A stretch of 64,000 nucleotides of DNA, taken from the NCBI RefSeq assembly GCF_963921235.1, contig NC_086108.1, forward strand, positions 43,526,001-43,590,000. Direction: 5' to 3'. Of this stretch, positions 11,787 through 24,201 are shown piece after piece. Numbering within the stretch: the stretch's first letter is position 1; each line of letters opens with the position of its first letter. The DNA is from Mobula hypostoma. Its lineage: Eukaryota. The notes below the pieces were generated by a model. The model saw nothing but the letters and a program-made list of their open reading frames with translations. It ran no database searches and had not been told where the DNA came from. The position numbers and the translations under genes were made by a program.

Positions 11787-12873
11787 ACATCAACGGGTTA
11801 AACAAAATCAGTAAATGCAGGGGTGGTGAGTGAACTTAAACTGTTGTGAGCTACAGTGTGGTGAAAAGAATTCTAGATTTATGTTTATAAAGGGTAGAAG
11901 ATGGCCAAGAACCTATCTGAATAAACATCTGGAGGCAACAAAAGCATAGATGAAAGACTAGACTTGAATTGCACAATTTCTCTTAATTCGGAGTATTTTG
12001 TACTTTTACAATGAATGAGATAGCCTTTTATCCTTTATTTTAGGAATTTAGACTGCAGCATTGAAAAGCCTTTACAGTGTCAATCATCTCCTCAGCTGTA
12101 GGAAGATGGGAGACAGCAGGAAACAAGACAATGAAGAAATGCGGAGTCAAGGGTGCCAAGAGGTGATGATCCAAACAACTTTGAATCTATTGCAACGGAC
12201 GGAAAGCAATCAACCTTGCCAGATGGAACGATTACTGTGAGGTTCACTCCAGTAAGCAAAGCTGCAGGAAAACATCACCAATATTTAATTTAGCTAGGGG
12301 ATGTTGTGCCACTGTCCAGGAACAACTGACACTTTCAGAGGCCATAGGTCACTTTCTCTAAAGTTAAAATGGTGTGAAGTATGGATTGCACTAATTGGTC
12401 TCCAGCCTGGAAATGTTTTGATTACTATGTATAAGAATTAAAAATATCACATCAATTTGTCATCTGCTTCCTTGAACAGATACTTATCCAGGTATTATTG
12501 GATTAAACTGTAAAATAGATGTGGCATTTCTCACATTTTTCCAAAATGTTTCACAACTTGTAAGTTGAAGTTGTGCCCTGCTGCTAAGGGAGAGCCAATG
12601 TCCAGGTTCATCTGGTACAAAGGGAGGGGCTACTTAATCCATTCTTTATGCTGACACATTGAAAAGAGTTTGCCACTTTTCCCACTTCCCTGCTCTTTCT
12701 CTTCACTCATGCAATGCTCTTTTTTTAATGGAAGTATAAACACAATTTCCTTTTGAATGTTAGTATTAAATCTGCTTTCCACCACCAATTCAGCATGGTG
12801 CACTCCAGTTTCTAGCAGCCCACCAAATTATCTTATTTACTTCTCCTGCTCTGCCCCCTTCTACCAGTTATGT

Positions 12874-14040
12874 CAGGGGTCCCCAACCTTTTTTGCACTA
12901 CGGACCAGTTTCATATTGATAATATTCTTGCGGACCGGCCGAGCGGACAAGAGTAGCAGTCAAATACGCTGGATTTACCCCAAGAAAGACTACATTGACC
13001 ATGAAGCCTTGCGTGGGCACCAGTGCGCATGTGTGACTTGCACATGCGTGCAGGTGCCGATTATTTTTCTACAAATCGTTTTTGGCGATTCTGTTTGGGG
13101 GGGGTGTTAATCACGACCGGAATATAGGTGATAAGTGGCTAATACACTCAATTTCGTTTCTAAATGGGTTTATCTAACGAATTTAATATTAAACACACTG
13201 CGCATATTTTCCTCGCATGAATATAGTGACAAGTCAATTATCAGGGGAGGACAGGGGAGCTTGGAGTAAGTATTGAACGAACTTCCAATAGAAGTGGCAG
13301 AAGCAGGTTCGATATTATCATTTAAAGTTAAATTGGATAGGTATATGGACAGGAAAGGAATGGAGGGTTATGGGCTGAGTGCAGGTCGGTGGGACTAGGT
13401 GAGAGTAGCGTTCGGCACGGACTAGAAGGGCCGTGATCACCTGTTTCCATGCTGTAATTGTTATATGGTTATATAAGTCAATAGCATCAAAACATTTAAA
13501 GTAATGTTTGGATATTGAACACACAGCCCATATTTTCCCCGTATGAACATATAAAATCATTGCAATGCACCAATATCGCTGAACCAGTGGGAGCCCTGGG
13601 CTTGTTTCCCTGCAACAAGACGGTGTCATCGAGGGGTGATGGGAGACAGCGATACTCAAATGGGGTTCCTTATGTCCAGTCTATTCCGCAATTTAGTTTC
13701 TGTTGCATTCATCGCAGAGATACGTTGGAAATGGAAGCAACGTTTTCAGTGCTTTCGTGGCTACCTCAGGATACTTAGCCTTGACTTTGATCCCGAATAC
13801 CGGCAGAGATGTTATGTCAAACATACTTTACAGCCCGCCGTCATTTGCAAGCTCGAGGAGTTGATCTCCTTCCCGCGCTGACATGGATGACACATGTGTA
13901 ATGACCTCGCGTGCGTAATGGCTCAACAGTGGGCGTGACAGGGAATGAGGAAAGGTGCAGCTGACTCATATCGCCAAATCGTGTCGTTTCCTCGCGGCCC
14001 GGTAGCGCATGCTCTGCGGCCCGGTGGTTGGGGACCGCTG
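12874..14040. mobile_element. Non-autonomous hAT (Charlie-like) DNA transposon
   Basis: TIRs caggggtccccaacc / ggttggggaccgctg. Perfect 8-bp TSD agttatgt at 12866-12873 and 14041-14048. Confidence 0.9.
13270..13475 (+). mobile_element. CR1 3' end inside the hAT element
   Basis: Reads ELPIEVAEAGSILSFKVKLDRYMDRKGMEGYG followed by a CR1 3' UTR. Confidence 0.75.
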
Positions 14041-14346
14041 AGTTATGTAACCGATTACATCACTGTGCACGAGAAAACAATCCCATCCTCATTGCATTTC
14101 TCTTTCTAACTGCACCACTATTCTGGTAAACCTTTTCAGGACTCTATAAATTATTATCAGCTCACTTGCAGATAAAAAAATGAGAAGTGTGGAATGTTAT
14201 CCTTAAAGCAGAGTGAGCCAAAATTAGGTTTCAAATTAATTAAAAATCCATTTTTAGTGGAAGACTGATATTTAACCACAAGATGCAAATTTAAGATGAT
14301 TCCCAAAGACAAAACTTTGGATCAGGGTAAAAATATTAGCTGTCAC

Positions 14347-14735
14347 AAGAGATTCTGCTGAAGCAGGCCATCCAGAGGAACACACAGAAAATACTGGAGG
14401 AACTCATCAGGTCAGTCAGCATCTATTGAAATGAATAACCAATGGATGTTTCGGGGACACGAGGAAGTCTGCAGATGCTGGAAATTCAAGCAACACACAC
14501 AAAAAATGCTGGTGAACGCAGCAGGCCAGGCAGCATCTATAGGAAGAGGTACAGTTGACGTTTCAATTCCTCTTACTAGCTCTTCTTTCAGTTAGTCCTG
14601 ACGAAGGGTCTTGGCCCAAAACATCGACTGTACCTCTTCCTAGAGATGCTGCCTGGCCTGCTGCGTTCACCAGCATTTTTTGTGTGTGTTGGATGTTTCG
14701 GGGGCCCAGACCCTTCATCAGGACTGGAAAGGAGG
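14347..14735 (-). mobile_element. Older PLE pLTR arm, split by a younger PLE insertion
   Basis: Arm 14347-14456 resumes after 14703 (gcccagacccttcatcaggactgg). The reconstructed minus strand reads CTGATGA-A-GGGTCTGGGCCCC(C)-GAAA-CATC. Confidence 0.75.
14457..14689. mobile_element. Palindromic PLE-derived element, nested
   Basis: Inverted arms with a 14-bp TSD tggatgtttcgggg (14443-14456, 14690-14703). The plus-strand hammerhead has GAAA changed to AAAA. Confidence 0.85.
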
Positions 14736-15149
14736 AGGAGGAAGCCCGAAAGCTGCTACTCCGTGCTGCTATGGTTTGAAACACACTGCCCAAACTGGTG
14801 CTGAAAGCAGATTCAGTTGTAGATATTTTAGACGTTTCTATATATTTTAAAGTAAAATATAAAACGGTGGAGAAATTACAGGGAAGTATGACTAATTGCT
14901 AATTTGTCCACGCCAGGACCTACAACTCCGGGCTAATGATCTCGTTTAATATTCTATTGCCTGATTTGTGAATCTATTAACCATGGAGCATATTGAGCTG
15001 CCAGCAATTCAACTTAAATGGTTGACGGAGTCTGAATTTATGTGACTGAAAAGGACCTTGCGCATTGAGTACATCCCAAAAAAGACACAAATAAGTTCGG
15101 TGACAGACTACATAAGGACAGCAGGGGGCGCACAAAGCTGCAACACTTC

Positions 15150-15241
15150 AGGAAAACAGGCAAAGTGCTGGAGCAGTTCAGCAGGCCAGGCTGTGTGGAA
15201 ATACAAAGTCGACGTTTGGGCCCAAGACCCTTCATTAGGAC
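15150..15241 (-). mobile_element. Degenerate PLE pLTR arm
   Basis: gtgctggagcagttcagcaggccagg...gtcgacgtttgggcccaagacccttcattaggac. The core is mutated to CTAATGA. Confidence 0.6.
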
Positions 15242-17692
15242 AAGCTCACTGTGGCTTGAAATTCATCCAGTCACGAATGTTTGAATGAGATGAGATCATA
15301 CTACCGACTCGCCGATGCTTTGGCATTATTAAATGAAAGAGAATGAACCTCCAGGTTCAATTTTAATTTTAAATTGTTAATTTATTTTTCGGGCTCTATG
15401 CTTTGCTGGCAAAAGCAGCAGTCCGTCTGATGAAGATATTCCAAATGGGTGAGGTGATCTGTCCTGCTTTTTGCACACCGAACATACCTGGAAATTTTTT
15501 TTTATCACATTGCCTGTTACTTGTCAGCCTTGTCGCTGCACTGGAACAGTGTTTGCAGAGGTGTAGCTGGTTTGGGAGTGCATGTCTGTGTATGTTTCAA
15601 CATTGTCTTTAGCAATTGCATGCTGGACTCTGTTGATATTGAGGACAGAGCCTTCTCTTCCTGTTTAGTAATTAACTGCTCACTGGCAGATGTATTCGGA
15701 GAGCAAACTTCAGCCTGGTCTGTGGTGGTGAGGTCACTGTCAGTTACAGGCTGCCTTTGCTACTTGCTAAGTTATTGCCTCATTATACTGGCGTCTCGTT
15801 GTTAGCATTGCCTAGTGCTGCCCTTGGCATGCCTTTCAACACCGGCTACTGCCTCAAGGTTGATTGGCTGGTTTGATGTTAATGGTGGAGTGAAGGATGT
15901 GAGGTTATAAGTTGTGGTGGAATGAATTTGTGCTGCTGATCTTCCAGAGTAACCTGCGATTGCCCAGCTTGCTTTACCAATTGTAGCTCTTCGCCCTGCA
16001 ACTGTGAAGATGGGATTTTGTTTCCACAAGGGTTGTGTGGCGGTCGCTTCCCTCAATATCACAGACAGATGAACATACCGCAGGGACTGAAACAGACAGA
16101 TAAATATACAGTTGAATTCAAAAGTTTACATACACCTTAGCCAACTACATTTAAACTCAGTTTTTCACAATTCGTGACATTTAATCCTAGAAAACATTCC
16201 CTGTCTTAGGTCAGTTAGGATCACTACTTTATTTTAAGAATGTGAAATCTCAGAATAATAGTAGAGAGAATGATTTATTTCAGCTTTTATTTCTTTCATC
16301 ACTTTCCCAGTGGGTCAGAAGTTTACATACACTTTGTTAGTATTTGGTAGCATTGCCTTTAAATTGTTTAACTTGGATCAAACGTTTTGGGCAGCCTTCC
16401 ACAAGCTTCTCACAGTAAGTTGCTGGAATTTTGTTCCATTCCCCCAGACAGAACTGGTGTAACTGGGTCAGGTTTATAGGCCTCCTTGCTCTCACACGTT
16501 TTTTCAGTTCTGCCTACAAATTTTCTAATGGATTGAGGTCAGGGCTTTGTGATGGCCACTCCAATACCTTGACTTTGTTGTCCGTAAGCAATTTTATAGA
16601 CAATAGACAATAGGTGCTGGAGTAGGCCATTCGGCCCTTCGTGCCAACACCACCATTCACTGTGATCATGGCTGATCATCCACAATCAGTATCCAGTTCC
16701 TGCCTTATACCCATAACCTTTGATTCCGCTATCTTTAAGAGCTCTATCCATCTCTTTCTTGAAAGCATCCAGAGACTTGGCCTCCACTGCCTTCTGGGGC
16801 AGAGCATTCCACATATCTACCACTCTCTGGGTGAAAAAGTTTTTCTTCAACTCCATTCTAAATGGCCTACCCCTTATTCTTAAGCTGTGGCCTCTGGTTC
16901 TGGACTCACCCATCAGCGGGCATAGGCGGCCTTAGCTATGTTTCACCCGTTTCAACTGAAACAGGCCCCGCACTCTCAGGGGCCCCCGACTGACATGCAA
17001 AAATTTAATGCACAGCTCACAGACGCCACAATATTCTCCTACTACTTCCAGCTGAACCACGTGGGTGCTCGCTGACTGACATCTGAGAAAATACATTAAA
17101 ATATTTACTTCACTTGTAAACATTGCTCCTAGCAAAGAAGGCTACTTTTCAATGAGAGGAAAATGAAACGCTCCTATCCTAGTGGTGCTGAAAAACGGAA
17201 AATATTAGACAACAAAACAAAACATCTAAATAGTCTCCCAAAAGTTACATCTTTCTTTGGTCCAGCATCTGTAAAAGGCCCGTCGACTGCAGTTGCTGCT
17301 GCACCATTGTTACAGCATGGGTCTGCAGTGCCAAGTGACAGTGTAAGTGATACAGGACATGCTGATAATCAGAGCAATGAAAATGAGAAGAACAATTCTA
17401 CTCAAACAGATGGTGATAATGATGACCAAACTTTGTTTGATGAACAAGCACCACAGCATGATGACAGTCCTACAACTGAGACAGGTGAGGGAGATGCCCC
17501 CACCAGCACACCAGACAGAGAGAAAGCCCCACTAACATTCACAGAGACCGATCCAGCACATTGGCCAACGCATATTACCAGTGACCAACAGATCAACATT
17601 GTTAGGAGAGGTCCTATTCAGTTAGAGGACATTAACTTTCCACAGAGCCAATCACGCCGTCGTTTTACCAAGGACAGATATCTTATGAAGAT

Positions 17693-18556
17693 TGTGACGA
17701 GAATACACATAAAATTAAGATGTTTGCTGGCCTAGGTTAGCATCAGTGACATCAGCAAGTGGTCTGCCACCTGCCCTCAGGGGAAGGAGAGATAAGGAAC
17801 AATGGAGCAGCGTCTGGAGATGTGTAATGAAGGGACGTGGGAGAGAGAGCTGTCTGGAGCGGCTCCCCCTTTTGAACCCTGAACTGTTTGAAGTGATGGA
17901 CAGGTGATACCCCAGCAGGGGGATAAAAAGGGACCGGTTTGCTAAGGCAGGACACACACGCCACCCGAGGTAACGAGACCCTGGAAGCGGTACGCTTCTC
18001 ACGAGTCGGTGGGAAGTACCAGACAACGGCCAGGGTGGAAAAGTACGATCAGCGGGAACCTGGTGTGTGTCCGCCCTTGCCTGGGTGCCGGGTTTACTGC
18101 AGAGGATCGACCGCATCTGGAAGAGGGGTCACAGTCGGTGCCCTCAGGTGACATCACCAAGGACCTGCCCAAAAAGCTGCTTGTGAGCCATATCGTCGGT
18201 CTGTGAATGAAGCCGTGTCTGAATGATCAGTTGTTCCTGTTCTCTCTCTCTCTCCCCCCACGTTGTCCATCGCCATGGCAACGATTACTGCGAACTGAAC
18301 TACTAAACTGGACTGAAGTTTGAGTCACTTTGAAATTTGGTCATTTACCCCAAGACAACGATAGAGCTTGATTGATGCTGTTATCTTAATTCTGTGCACA
18401 TGTGTGTTTATAATCGCTGAACTGTTGCATTTATTATCCTTTCGATTACTGTGTTGCTTGTTTCTTTAATAAAACTTTCTTAGTTCTAGTACTCCAGACT
18501 CCAACTGAGTGATCCATTTCTGCTGGTTTGGCAACCCAGTTATGGGGTACGTAACA
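17693..18556 (+). mobile_element. Solo LTR related to the Gmr1-type Gypsy LTR
   Basis: Termini TGTGACG...CGTAACA with a 4-bp TSD agat (17689-17692, 18557-18560). AATAAA near 18468. Its 3' end resembles the reverse complement of the LTR terminus at 29826. Confidence 0.88.
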
Positions 18557-20093
18557 AGATGAAAAATGGAGAAACCATTCATAGGTCCTAGTTAGTGTAC
18601 TCAGAAACATCTGATTCAATCTTCTGTTTCTGCTGTACCCTATTTGGCAAGCGAAATCACAGTCTTACTTGCGGAGGTTTCAGAGTGTGGGAGCGACTCA
18701 CTCTCACACTCCAGGATCATGAGAAGTCAAATGCCAACATGGATAGCTGGCGCGAGCTGGAAACGTGCTTAAGAACGCACAGTGCCATTGACAGCACGTA
18801 CCAAGAAATGCAAATGCTGGAAAAAAAACACTGGAATGATGTCATGAAGAGGTTCATTGCCATAGTCTGTCACCTTGCAGAATGAAACCTTGCTTTCCGT
18901 GGCCACAATTCCACCCTACATGAATCAAATAATGGGAACTTTCCAGGCCTGGTGGAGCTGCTTGCCGAGTTCGACCCAGTGATGAGCAAACATGTCAGAT
19001 GAGCAGAGAAAAAAGAGATTGCTGACCACTACATGGGGAAAACCATACAAAATGAGTTAATCACACTTATTGGAGACAAGACACCGGAAGTGATAACAGA
19101 GAGAGTAAAACAATCACATTACTACTCGGTGACAATGGACTGCACCACTGATGCTGCACACATAGAGCAGCTCTCTGTGACACTGCACATTGTCACGTGC
19201 CAAGTAAATGTCGGAGCTACTGTTAGTGAGCATTTTGTCGGTTTCCTACCAGTGCTTGACACAACAGGTGCAGGCGTTACCGACATTTTCTTAACGCATA
19301 TGGAGAAGCTAGGATTAGATATCTCAAAATGCAGGGGGCAGGCATATGATAACGGGAGCAAACTGCAGGGGAAAAATAACGGGGTGCAGAAGAGGGTGCT
19401 ACATATTAACAAAAAAGCACTGATCATGCCATGCGCCAGCCACAGCCTAACCCTAGTCACTGTTGATGCTGCAAAATCAACAGCAGAGTCTGTGAGCTTC
19501 TTTGGGGTGCTGCAACGTCTAGACGCACTATTCAGCTCATCGACACAGAGATGGGAGCTTTTCAAGGAGAACGTGCCACAGATGACCCTCAACGCCATAT
19601 CCAACACGCGATGGGAGTGCCGCGTGGAAAGTGTGAAAGTCCTGCACTACCAGCTTCCCGATGTCGGCAATGCGCTCCTGTCACTGACTGAACATGCCAC
19701 ACAGAAAGGTGACAGTGAAACCACATCTGCAGCCAGAGGCCCAGAACAGGAGATCATGTCATGGAAATTCCTGCTGACTGTTATCATCTGGTACAATGTT
19801 TTACATGAGGTGGATCATGTCAACAAGCTGCTCCAGAGCCCACAAGTGGGAATCGATGTGCTACAGCGCGAGGTGGAATATGTTCGAAATTTCTCAAGGA
19901 ATACAGAGAGAACGGCCTTTCATCCACCCAAACAGATGCCAGAGACATAGCTGAAGAGATAGGGATGCCAATGGTCTTTCCTACTGCATGAATCAGAAAA
20001 CCAAAACGCCAGTTCCAGTACGAGTCCCAAAGTGCAGATCCTTCCCTGACAGTGGCACTCAAGGAACGGTACAAGAGAGAAGTTTTCCTTCCA

Positions 20094-21640
20094 GTCATAG
20101 TCATAGTCATAGTCATACTTTATTGATCCTGGGGGAAATTGGTTTTTGTTACAGTTGCACCATAAATAATAAATGGTAATAGAACCATAAATAGTTAAGT
20201 AGTAATATGTAAAGTATGCCAGTAAATTATGAAATAAGTCCAGGACCAGCCTATTGGCTCAGGGTGTCTGACCCTCCAAGGGAGGAGTTGTAAAGTTTGA
20301 TGGCCACAGGCAGGAATGACTTCCTATGACGCTCTGTGTTGCATCTCGGTGGAATGAGTCTCTGGCTGAATGTACTCCTGTGCCCACCCAGTACATTATG
20401 TAGTGGATGGGAGACATTGACCAAGATGGCATGCAACTTAGACAGCATCCTCTTTTCAGACACCACCGTGAGTGAGTCCAGATCCATCCCCACAACATCA
20501 CTGGCCTTACGAATGAGATTGCTGATTCTGTTGGTGTCTGCTACCCTCAGCCTGCTATCCCAGCACACAACAGCAAACATGATAGCACTGGCCACCACAG
20601 ACTCGTAGAACATCCTCAGCATCGTCCGGCAGATGTTAAAGGACCTCAGTCTCCTCAGGAAATACCAACGGCTCTGTCCCTTCTTGTAGACAGCCTCAGT
20701 GTTCTTTGACCAGTCCAGTTTATTGTCAATTCATATCCCCAGGTATTTGTAATCCTCCACCATGTCCACACTGACCCCCTGGATGGAAACAGGGGTCACC
20801 AGTACCTTAGCTCTCCTCAGGTCTACCACCAGCTCCTTAGTCTTTTTCCATTAAGCTGCAGATAATTCTGCTCACACCACGCGACAAAGTTTCCTACAGT
20901 AGCCCTGTACTCAACCTCATCTCCCTTGCTGATGCATCCAACTATGGCAGAGTCATCAGAAAACTTCTGAAGATGGCAAGACTCTGTGCAGTAGTTAAAG
21001 TCTGAGGTGTAAATGGTGAAGAGAAAGGGAGACAAGACAGTCCCCTGTGGAGCCCTAGTGCTGCTGATCACTCTGTCGGACACACAGTGTTGCAAGCACA
21101 CATACTGTGGTCTGCCAGTCAGGTAATCAAGAATCCATGATACCAGGGAAGCATTCACCTGCATCGCTGTCAGCTTCTCCCCCAGCAGAGCAAGGGCAGA
21201 TGGTGTTGAACACACTGGAGAAGTCAAAAAACATGACCCTCACAGCGCTCGCTGGCTTGTCCAGGTGGGCATAGACACAGTTCAGCAGGTAGACGATGGC
21301 ATCATTAACTCCTAGCCGGGGCTGGTAGGCGAACTGGAAGGGATCTAAGTGTGACCTGACCATAGGCCGGAGCAGCTCCAGAACAAGTCTCTCCAGGGTC
21401 TTCATGATGTGGGAGGTCAATGCCACCGGTCTGTAGTCATTGAGGCCGCTGGGGCGCGGCGTCTTCGGCACAGGGACGAGGCAGGACGTCTTCCAGAGCA
21501 CAGGAACCCTCCGGAGCCTCAGGCTCAGGTTGAATACATGGCGAAGTACTCCACATCGCTGAGGGGCACAGGCTTTGAGCACCCTGGTACTGACACCATC
21601 CTGTCCTGCAGCCTTGCTTGTGTTGAGACGTTTCGGCTGT
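20094..21640 (-). mobile_element. Rex1/Babar LINE, 5'-truncated, inserted in the hAT transposase
   Basis: RT motifs NDYRPVALTSHIMKTLERL, QFAYQP, FFDFSSVFNTI, APQGTVLSPFLF, QKFSDDSAIVG. Tail (gactat)n at 20094. Confidence 0.92.
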
Positions 21641-23748
21641 CACTAGTGGACTCTGCCATCACAGGCATTAGTGAGCGCTTCAGGCTGATGGAGTCATTTT
21701 ACAGTCTGTTTGGCTTCATTTATGGAAGAGAGGAAATGAAAAAAGCCACCCAAAGTCGCACACTGAAAGACAGCTGCGTAAACATGGAGAGGACACTTGG
21801 TGATGTGGATGCTGAGGACCTTTTGCACGAGGTGTCGGCTGCTGTCAGTGCCATGCCTGCAAAAGAAACCACTGGCCTGCAGATTCTGAGCTACATTTAC
21901 AGCAACAATCTGGTTGAACTGTATCCTGACCTCACCATTGCTCTAAGGCTCATGCTGACAGTGCCTGTGACTGTAGCGAGTGGAGAGAGAAGTTTTTCAA
22001 GGCTAAAGCTCATCAAAACGCATCTGAGGACAACCATGCTCCAGGAGCGTCTGTCAGCTCTTGCTCAGATATCAATTGAGCATGAAATAACAAGATCGCT
22101 GGACAAAGATGAGCTCATTAAAGCATTCTCGGCATTCAAGCACAGGTGGTTAGTGAAGTTCTAGTGGTAAGTCTTTTAACACATTTTTAGCAGAAATAAA
22201 GTTTATAATTAAAATAATAAAATAAACCACGTATTTCACTCAAAATGTGTATAGGCGATTAGGCAGCCTTTCCACAAATCGTAATATCTCTCTCCCACTT
22301 TCATCCCCTCTTCCTCACACTCTCCTCCTGTTCGTTGTCCAGGCCTTACGTGAGCTGCCCGTGGTGCTGAAAGAGTGCGAGATGCAGTTTGTCGTAAACT
22401 TCCAGTAGTTAACTTTCAGACACGGTTCATTGAATAAATAAAGTGTGAATTTTCATTAAATATGACATTGCTTTTGTTATTAATTTAATTAGAGGGAAAT
22501 TGTTTAAGCTGTTCTTATGTCAGCTGATACCTAACACATAGTGCCAGTCAATGCAGACTAGTTGCTGAAAAGGGCGAAGCTTCTCACTCCAAAGCAAAAA
22601 ATGTCATTGTTTCAGTTTTTAATTAAGAGAATTGTTTGGATTATGTTGCGCTATCTGTCCATTATGCTGAAAGTGCATATAATGCATCAACGTTTAAGTC
22701 TGAAATTATACCATTATTGATGCAAACCAACTTGAATATTCGCTTTTTTCTTTCTTTTTTTTGGGAAGCGGGGGTAAGGTCCCACATTAACTCTTGAAAC
22801 GGGCCCCCAGATGCTTAAGGCCACTTATGTCAGCGGGAACATGTTTCCTGCCTCTAGCGTGTCCAATCCCTTAATAATCTTACATGTTTCAATCAGATCC
22901 CCTCTCATCCTTCTAAATTCCAGAGTATACAAGCCCAGTCACTCCAATCTTTCAACATATGACAGTCCCGCCATCCCAGGAATTAACCTCGTGAACCTAC
23001 GCTGCACTCCCTCAATAGCAAGAATGTCCTTCCTCAAATTTGGAGACCAAAACTGCACACAATACTCCAGGTGTGGTCTCACCAGGGCCCTGTACAGCTG
23101 CAGAAGGACCTCTTTGCTCCTATACTCAATTCCCCTTGTTATGAAGGCCAACATGTCATTAGCTTTCTTCACTGCCTGCTGTACCTGCATGCTTGCTTTC
23201 AGTGACTGATGTACAAGAACACCTAGATCTCGTTGTACTTCCCCTTTTCCTAACTTGACTCCATTTAGATAATAATCTGCCTTCCTGTTCTTACCACCAA
23301 AGTGGATAACCTCACATTTATCAACATTGAACTGCATCTGCCATGCATCTGCCCACTCACCCAGCCTGTCCAAGTCACCCTGCATTCTCATAACATCCTC
23401 CTCACATTTCACACTGCCACCCAGCTTTGTGTCATCTGCAAATTTTCTAATGTTACTTTTAATTCCCTCATCTAAATCATTTATATTGTAAACACCTGCG
23501 GTCCCAGCACTGAACCCTGCGGTACCCCACTGGTCACCACCTGCCATTCTGAAAGGGACCCATTAATCGCTACTCTTTGTTTCCTGTCAGCCAGCCAATT
23601 TTCAATCCAAGTCAGTACTCTGCCCCCAATACCGCGTGCCCTAATTTTGCCCACTAATCTCCTACGTGGGAATTTATCAAAGGCTTGGCTTTCTGAAAGT
23701 CCAGGTACACTACATTTACTGGCTCTCCCTTGTCCATTTTCATAGTTA

Positions 23749-24201
<453 letters not shown>

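Larger units (their letters stand above)
17163..22164 (+). pseudogene. hAT transposase, disrupted by stops and two insertions
   Basis: Reads MKRSYPSGAEKRK, TTF-type zinc finger LVYSETSDSIFCFCC, IQNELI, YYSVTMDCTTDAAHIEQ, CRGQAYDNGS, PCASHSL, TRWECR and the hATC dimerisation motif LTVPVTVASGERSFSRLKLIKTHLR. Confidence 0.9.
16921..22829 (+). mobile_element. Full-length hAT transposon (Tip100/ZMYM1-like transposase)
   Basis: TIRs cataggcggccttag / cttaaggccacttatg. Perfect 8-bp TSD tcagcggg at 16913-16920 and 22830-22837. Confidence 0.92.

Noticed and set aside
14594..14630. Active hammerhead in the nested element
   Set aside because: The essential GAAA box is mutated to AAAA. The copies at 8600, 15210 and 58730 are similarly decayed.
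15300..16080. Possible host coding sequence
   Set aside because: The reverse strand resembles a very old CR1-clade RT remnant with many stops and was too degraded to delimit.
21409..22164. 251-aa ORF as a novel fusion gene
   Set aside because: It is antisense Rex1 sequence running by chance in frame into the hAT C-terminus.
17163..22164. Domesticated host ZMYM1-like gene
   Set aside because: It has TIRs, a TSD, premature stops and insertions, so it is a decaying transposon.
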